DNA from: Chrysomallon squamiferum
Lineage: Eukaryota; Animalia; Mollusca
Length of the DNA stretch: 64,000 nt
NCBI GenBank assembly: GCA_012295275.1
Contig: CM022673.1
Location: 19,220,001 to 19,284,000 of the forward strand
Direction of reading: 5' to 3'
Below, in pieces: positions 56,773 through 64,000 of the stretch. A program made the position numbers and the translations under genes. The notes under the pieces are model-generated. The model ran no database searches. It saw only the letters and a list, made by a program, of their open reading frames with translations, and was not told where the DNA came from. The stretch's first letter is position 1, and every line of letters starts with the position of its first letter.

Positions 56773-59700
56773 GTATAACAAAATCGTAAGTATCATAAAT
56801 GTATAATTATGTATATTTAAAAAAAAATCCTGTTTGCTCTTCTTATAATATTCAACAAATATAAGTTTAAAAGTATTTTACTAAATTAGAATGCAATAAT
56901 AATAAAAGATATGTGGATATATATTTGAAAATATTATCATAAAGATATAAGTTGATGTTTATCTACAAAAAAAGTTTTTATTGTTTTTGGCACGCTTAGT
57001 AAGCTAACAAAATGAGAATGCGTGCGCGCGCGCGCGTGTGTGTATGTGTGTGTGTGTGTGTGTGTGTAACGACATTTTAATTGCTGGATTGTTTCTCTAC
57101 TGAAATTTTCTGACAAATATGCTGTAAGAGTCCGTTTTTTTTTCTTTCCTTCTTTTTAAAAAAGAATATTGTCATATTTGAGTTCATGTCTGTTTAGATA
57201 AGTACAGCAGTGAACTAAACTAAACTGAACCTTTATTTCTCTCAGGCCATATGAAAAACAACATAATACTACTGTTCATACAGTTTAACAAGGTCACAGA
57301 GTAATGCTATTCACATAAGCATAGCTAAGAAAAACGAACTCTGGAAATTATTATAAATAACTAATTAGACTTTTTATATACAATATCACTACCATAAATC
57401 ATATTTATAATTTGTTTACAAAGGACAACAGTTATTTATTTATTTATTTACAGTTAAATAATTAGCGTAATTTATATGTATTTGGTTTGGATCGATAATA
57501 CTACAGTCTAAAATGTTTAAAATATAGCATGTAAAAGTATAAAGTAATTCATCTTCGATATCGTTGCACAAAAAGTAGAGTTTGTCATGGTTTACTCATT
57601 CGTGTACCTATTTCTTTTAGATGGCTGTAAGCAGATACTCTAAAACGTAACAGTTGACACCAATGTTTTTCACTGATAAAGATAAATATCATCATAATTA
57701 GTGTTCTGTATTAAAAAAAAAAAAAAAATTCCATCTCCGTGTTTAATAAATGGTATGGTTATAACTTCTTTTACTACATAATTACTAATACTGTTGATAC
57801 TACCGTGACTGCTGGTGCTGCTGCTACTACTACTTCTATTTTACTGCTATTGCTGATGTTGTTTCTGCTGTTGTCTGCAACTACTACTATCACCACAAGA
57901 GACAAGATGTGTTCAAATTATATGCATTTAAATATCATTATAGGAAACAAACATATTTCTAGATATAATATAATATTCATGAATAACTTTACTTATAAGC
58001 ATGTTATGTTATGGTATTTTGAAGCTAGAAAAACTGTCAAGTTTATCGATCAGTATAATATGTTTGGCATTAAATATTTCACAAGACTTGAAATATTTGA
58101 TCGAACCATTGAAGGAATAGTTAGGTTAAGAATCAATAAGCACTGTAATAGTATGATTGTTTGCTGAGCAACACGTGTCGGTGCGAATACCAGTTCTATC
58201 AGATTATTTTGTTTACTGCCTAGTTGTTTCTCTGCAATCAATTTAATTCAGCGAACAACATGTGTGGTCATTGATTTTAAAAATCGTTATTACCACATTG
58301 CTATAATACAGATATAAAATAACATGTACTCCGTTTTGCTATGTGTTTATTTGCTATGTGTTTACTATAGCATTTTTGAAAACTGCAGTGATACAAAACT
58401 GAACAAAAAGTAGCGACGTTTTTTAAATCAGTTTATATTAACAAATATTAAAGTTTTAGCCACTTAATAGTAGTCTTTTAAAGTGGATTATTCCAATCAA
58501 TGATTAAAACCTTTTCCAATATTATGAAAACGTTCGTCATTCCGAATGAAAAATGGTTACGCTAAAGATTTACCAACCATATCGTATTAAAAATAAAAAT
58601 AAAATTTAAAATTTGACGAGTCCTAAGGTTTTCTTTAAACTTATTTTCATAACTTGAACTTAATAGTAATACAATCCTTTCGATAATGTAACACATAGGA
58701 CGGCCTGAATAAATAAATAAATACTTATCCTCTACAAAATATTGACAGTATGAACAAATAAATTAAACTGGATATTAGATTATTTTTTAGGCTTTATAAA
58801 AAATACCGATTTTTTTTCAAAACAAAATTAAACACAACAGGTATAATTTAATTATATATATATTTTAGAGAGTGGGCACGAAGCCCGTCATTAGTAAGAA
58901 ATTTGATACCTTTTTCCACTGAAATTCCACAGCGATAATATAAAAAATACGACAGTTCTAAACTGAAAAAGATTTTTTCTTAAACTGTGTAACCCCAGAA
59001 TACCCCAGTGTTAGATAATTTATCTTAAAGCATAACAAAATGTATACTGTTTTATCGAAATCTCTGCTACGAGCGTTCTATAATCTTGAAATATTAATGA
59101 ATGAATTTAAAAAAAAAACGAATGTTTTCTTGTCATTATTTCCCTGAGAACTTCATAACAAATGTTTGTTTTGAAGTGATTGTTATCAGGGAATCAATGT
59201 GAAATCACAAAAAATAAAATAAAAAACAACTACACACAAGGAAAGGAGGAGTTGTTGTATTTCTTTATATAATTATGTAGCACTTTTATTTATTAAATTA
59301 CTAAAGTATTTGCAGTTTGTAATTGGATGTTTTAATGTTTCAAAATAACAAAACTGTTAGGATAAAAACTTTATTTTGAATTATGTAATGATTCTTGAAT
59401 GACTTCTAATGCGTAGTGAATGAGTATTTGCGAATCTGATAATATCAAAGTTTAGACTAAAATTATAGAATCCAGTAACATTGTCCGTTTCTTTTGAAAT
59501 GACTGTTGCTACTTCCGATTAAGTGTTTGAAAATAACTATACAGAAAAATATAATTTATATTCAAGAAATACGAAATCTGGTTTTCTAAAATATTTATTT
59601 GAAAAATCACAGACAAGATCGACTGATGGCGATCTACTAGGTAACTTCACCATGCGTTTTATTAGTACGCATTCGCCAAAGCGTTGACGGATAGCAGATA

Positions 59701-61464
59701 GAAGATAGCGAGGGCGCTACAACGAACTACATTTATGTATATCTAAATAAAAACAGTTAGTGCTCAAGCATTTTGTGGGCTAGCGGTATACTGGTGGTAG
59801 TGTTATAAAGAGTTTTGACTGTGAAATTCCTTTGAATTATCATACTGACTTGTGGAAGGTGACTGAGGTATAGTTTGCATAAATTGAATTGCAGCAGGAT
59901 GAGAATGCCTAGCTGAAGTTTCCCCAATACGTGGAATCTCCTCATTACCTAGGCATAGTTTTTGTAATTCCCTTTAATAATAATATATCCCAAAAGTTAA
60001 GTCAATAAATATACAAATCCAGATATCTGCAAGTATCTTCCTCCCTTTTCACCCCTTATAACACAGAAGTGAACTGAAGTGAAAAAAGTGACGTGCTAAT
60101 CAGAGCAAGCTATAGTGAAACATGCCTGCGACAGTCACGCTGTTTGACAAAGCCAGTGGGCGTGTCTGTAGCAGAAAAAGGTAACACTTGATCAAGGTCT
60201 GTAAAAATACCAAATTCTAAAAATAATTAATATATTATTTCATTATAAGTTTCTAACAAACATTTTTTTCTCTAATACAAATGATAAACTGGACGGTTTA
60301 AAGAAACAAACACCCATCTGATATATGTTCTGTGTATTAAATATATATCACTGTACACACGTATTCAGTATTTGGCCAAAATAGAATAAATTATTTGATG
60401 CATTTGCATTTCTCATAAAGCAGCATAGTTCTTTGTATAGTTATCTAAATTGGTTTTTAATTCAAATAATCTAATCAGTTTATTTTTTATTTCAGCTCGA
60501 ATTCGTACAATGTCAGGAAAATAGCCATGCCATTGTGCAGCTCAGTCACCAAATTCCAACAACTTACTGACTTCTTCATCTGGTTAGTTTTAAGCATATG
60601 GGCTAAATTCAAATTTTTAAACGCCGAAACTAGCGATTTCACCCTAACATTGACGCGAACGTAATGACAGATTAATATTGTCACAAAACTTAGTATAAAC
60701 ATAATAAAACACTGATTACTCAAACATGAACAAATAAACATTTATTAAAATCTGCCAGCATGACAATTAACAGAAACACAATAAGCAATTTAATATGTAA
60801 TAAACTGGTAGAAGCTTCATAAACTATTACGGCAGAAATAAATAGTAGAAATTAAACAATATCCAAATAACCGATTTAGAATAGTTTTAATAAAAGGCTG
60901 AATAATATAGATAGTAAAACACGTCCATACTGAAAAGTAAATCCTGACTGTCGTTTTTATTTTCTAAGTATAAGTTTTATAAACAGTTTTAATTCGATTT
61001 TATTATGTTGATATATGTTTGCTTCGATATTATGTTTTTATGTTAGACTGCTTTCTTAATCTAACAGATTATTGTAAACCACAGATTATTGTAAGAAACA
61101 TGACAGATGAATAACATTTATGAAATACAAAAGAAACTTTAGTTCTGTAGATTATGTCACCATTTATTAAAGTAATATACGATATTGCCGATTTAGGAAG
61201 GTTAGAAATATGATTTATTACTGTTATTCTAGATAATGTATTACAATTATTTAGTTTATGAACCAAATACACAAAATTACATTTGTAAACAATGTCGAAT
61301 AACATTATTTTGTACATGTTCTAGCGCAACTAATATACTACTTTTATTCCACATAAAATACCTGAGTTATAGACACGACTATCGTTCTTATTCTCTAGGT
61401 ACATTCCCCAGAATTAGCTCAAAAGCAAATTTAGAAGAAATAACAGAGAATACAAAGCTGTGTT

Positions 61465-61512
<48 letters not shown>

Positions 61513-62659
61513 TCAAATGCATTCTGTTCAATAAAATATACGTCCGTGCCTTAATGTATAAAAATCAAGTATTTATGACATTTTTGAATCGCACTAAAAT
61601 TGAACACGAAATATCCTTCAACCTCAAAGGTGAATTCATTTTAATAAACCAAAGCCCGCACAATTAACATAAAATATTGTTATTCATTTTCATATTTTAT
61701 AGTAGCTAATTCCTTATTATATTTACCTACGAATCTAAACAAAAATATTCTTCCTTCCAAAAAATGAAGAAAAACGAAATAGCGTGTGAATGTATTTCTT
61801 ATGGAATCAGCGAACTTTTAAAGAATGCTAAGCTAAAATTATTACTAAATATTTATAAAAACTGTATTGACCTATCTCTGGCAGAGAACCAGCGATATCA
61901 CCCCAAATGTCCGTCTGAGCTGTTCTGAGCCAGATCCGTTATTAGGTTTTCATTGCTTAGATGGATTAATAACCGATATGCAAACAAACCATACTTTTAT
62001 TGATTATATTTTAGTTAGTCGATCCGAAATGTATTTATTAAGAGTTATGCAGCTAAAAGTAAAAGACTAAATTTATAACCATTTCAAATCAATTTAAGCA
62101 GCTGGAGAAAAAGAACTAACAATGAATACTAGCTAAGAACGCGAATTATAATAAATCATATTTTAACGTCCTCTTGAAAATCTAAACAATGGTAATAACT
62201 AATAAAAAGAAATAAATTCAGATGTCAACGTTTAGTATTTTGTTGACAAAAAGTAACTAAATACTGAAGACAAGTTTACTTAATACTGAAGTATTTACTG
62301 AATAAAACTAGATAACTTATTTGAAGAAATTAATCGGAATTCACGTATATCTCAGTAATATTATTACAATCTTTACGTAGAATTCTGTTTTTGTCCCCCA
62401 CTAATTCTGCTGTTGTCGGACCATATATTTATTATTATGTATAACATGTCAGAAACTCTGTGATGAGAATATGTGCACCTAATCGTTTGTTGTTTTGAAT
62501 TGTATGACTATTGACAGATGTCTCTATTGGCAGGTTACCGAAATTACAATCGCCACACGAAGAGAAACTGTAATTATAAAAAATAATTTCCTTTTCTTTC
62601 TCTGCTCTGTAGGAATGCTTTCCGCTTGATTGCATATTGGTCTAGTCACAGTTTTAATG

Positions 62660-62800
62660 GGCCAAAATATCAGACTACAAATTTATCAGAATTGCAAGCA
62701 GTATTGCAACAGGCGATGTCACAACGTCAAATCCAAAGTCTAGAACAGAAGGCTTATTAAAGCGGTCACCGGTGTCGTTGGGGTTACAGAATACTGAAAT
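62660..62800 (+). mobile_element. Possible Tc1 transposase C-terminal remnant
   Basis: TTNLSELQAVLQQAMSQRQIQSL..IKAVTGVVGVTEY* resembles the Tc1 ending (ELxxALxEEW..I..L..AVIxAxGGxTxY*). Confidence 0.4.
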
Positions 62801-63352
62801 GTTTAAAGATTTTCTAAAATAATGGACTTGTTCGAGCATGACAGCCATAAAATCATTTGTAAATGGTTTCAAACTAGCGCCATTCACATAATTAAGTTAT
62901 ATATATTTTCACTCAGATTCATTACCCTTGTGACATTATACATAAAATTAGTACAAAATTATGGCTTACCTTTAGCGGATCATGTGACATGCTGCATGTC
63001 TACAACAAATATTTATTTATGTATGTATGTGAAAATGTTGCTGGTCACATAGCTTGAAATATACCATTGTGTTTTCTTTTATCATATCATTTTGTTTTGT
63101 CTGATATCAAATACCAGTCATGTAAATCTCTGAGATAGTATCCACGCAATTTTGTTATTGTAGTATTCATACGGAAATGATTTGATATTTTTGTTATTAA
63201 AGTTTCGAATAACTATATATATATATATATAAATTACGATAAAATATATTTTTTTAAAGAACGAAATAAATAAAGAAAAATAATAATGCTTAAAAGCTAT
63301 AAAATGTTAAAATCTCTACTATTAATATCTGTTTAGATATAAAACCTAACAA

Positions 63353-63438
<86 letters not shown>

Positions 63439-63475
63439 TAATAATAATAATAATAGCAATAATATTAATAATAAT
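63353..63475. repeat. (AAT)n microsatellite
   Basis: Direct inspection; source of poly-I ORF. Similar run at ~4080-4122. Confidence 0.95.
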
Positions 63476-64000
63476 GCTGATGATGCTGATAATGATGACA
63501 ATATAACATAATAAAATCATTAATACTAACAATATAACTTGACTTAAAGGAACGGTTCTTTCATTTCTGAAACATATTATTAAGATATAAAAATGTTTAT
63601 ATTGACTGTTATCATTCATAACTAAAATGATTTTATCCAATAAAGGAAGGAGTTCTAAATTTTCTTGTATGATCTAAAATGTATTGTAAAGTTATCATAT
63701 AAAGCTACATGTCATCTTTAACACTCTGACCAATAAAAAATAATTATATAAAGAACCACCCAAAAAATAAAAAATAAAATGAATACAAAATACAAAATAA
63801 CAATAAAATAAAATAAAACAAATAATAATAAACAAATAGCAATAAAAGAAACATAAAAAAACAACCTCGGACGCCCAAACTATGGCTTTTTCATATGCAG
63901 AGGAAATGAAATGATACTTAATTAAAAATAAAACAAAATACTGTAGAATTCATTTGTGGAGATTTCCATTTCCATATTGGGAGAAAGATTTTTATTTTCA

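Noticed and set aside
57739-58167. 142-aa ORF with hydrophobic stretch
   Set aside because: Core is degenerate (ACT/GCT)n low-complexity sequence; no ATG start, no recognisable domain or splice structure.

Overview
AT-rich, microsatellite-rich eukaryotic (animal, probably molluscan; taxon is a weak inference from repeat types) genomic DNA, so the ORF track mostly shows exon fragments and microsatellite artefacts. Manual GT-AG exon reconstruction gives four spliced genes: the 5' half of a white/ABCG half-transporter (minus, runs off the window start), SDHAF2 (plus, 4 exons, 163 aa), cathepsin D (minus, 8 shared exons plus TWO intact alternative terminal exons) and a 19-exon, 773-aa GABA-B-receptor-like class C GPCR (minus). 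Introns and the gene-poor 46-64 kb region hold DNA transposon relics (Tc2-like, Tigger/pogo, Tc1, PIF/Harbinger, Mutator), LINE and SINE fragments. Best leads: (1) one cathepsin D gene that can apparently switch between a polyproline-loop (lysosomal-type) and a loop-less (digestive-type) C-terminus; (2) a GABA-B-like receptor with a remodelled ligand pocket; (3) a decayed duplicate of the Walker-A exon in white; (4) a four-fold amplified transposon/host junction. All coordinates were read by eye; no searches were run.
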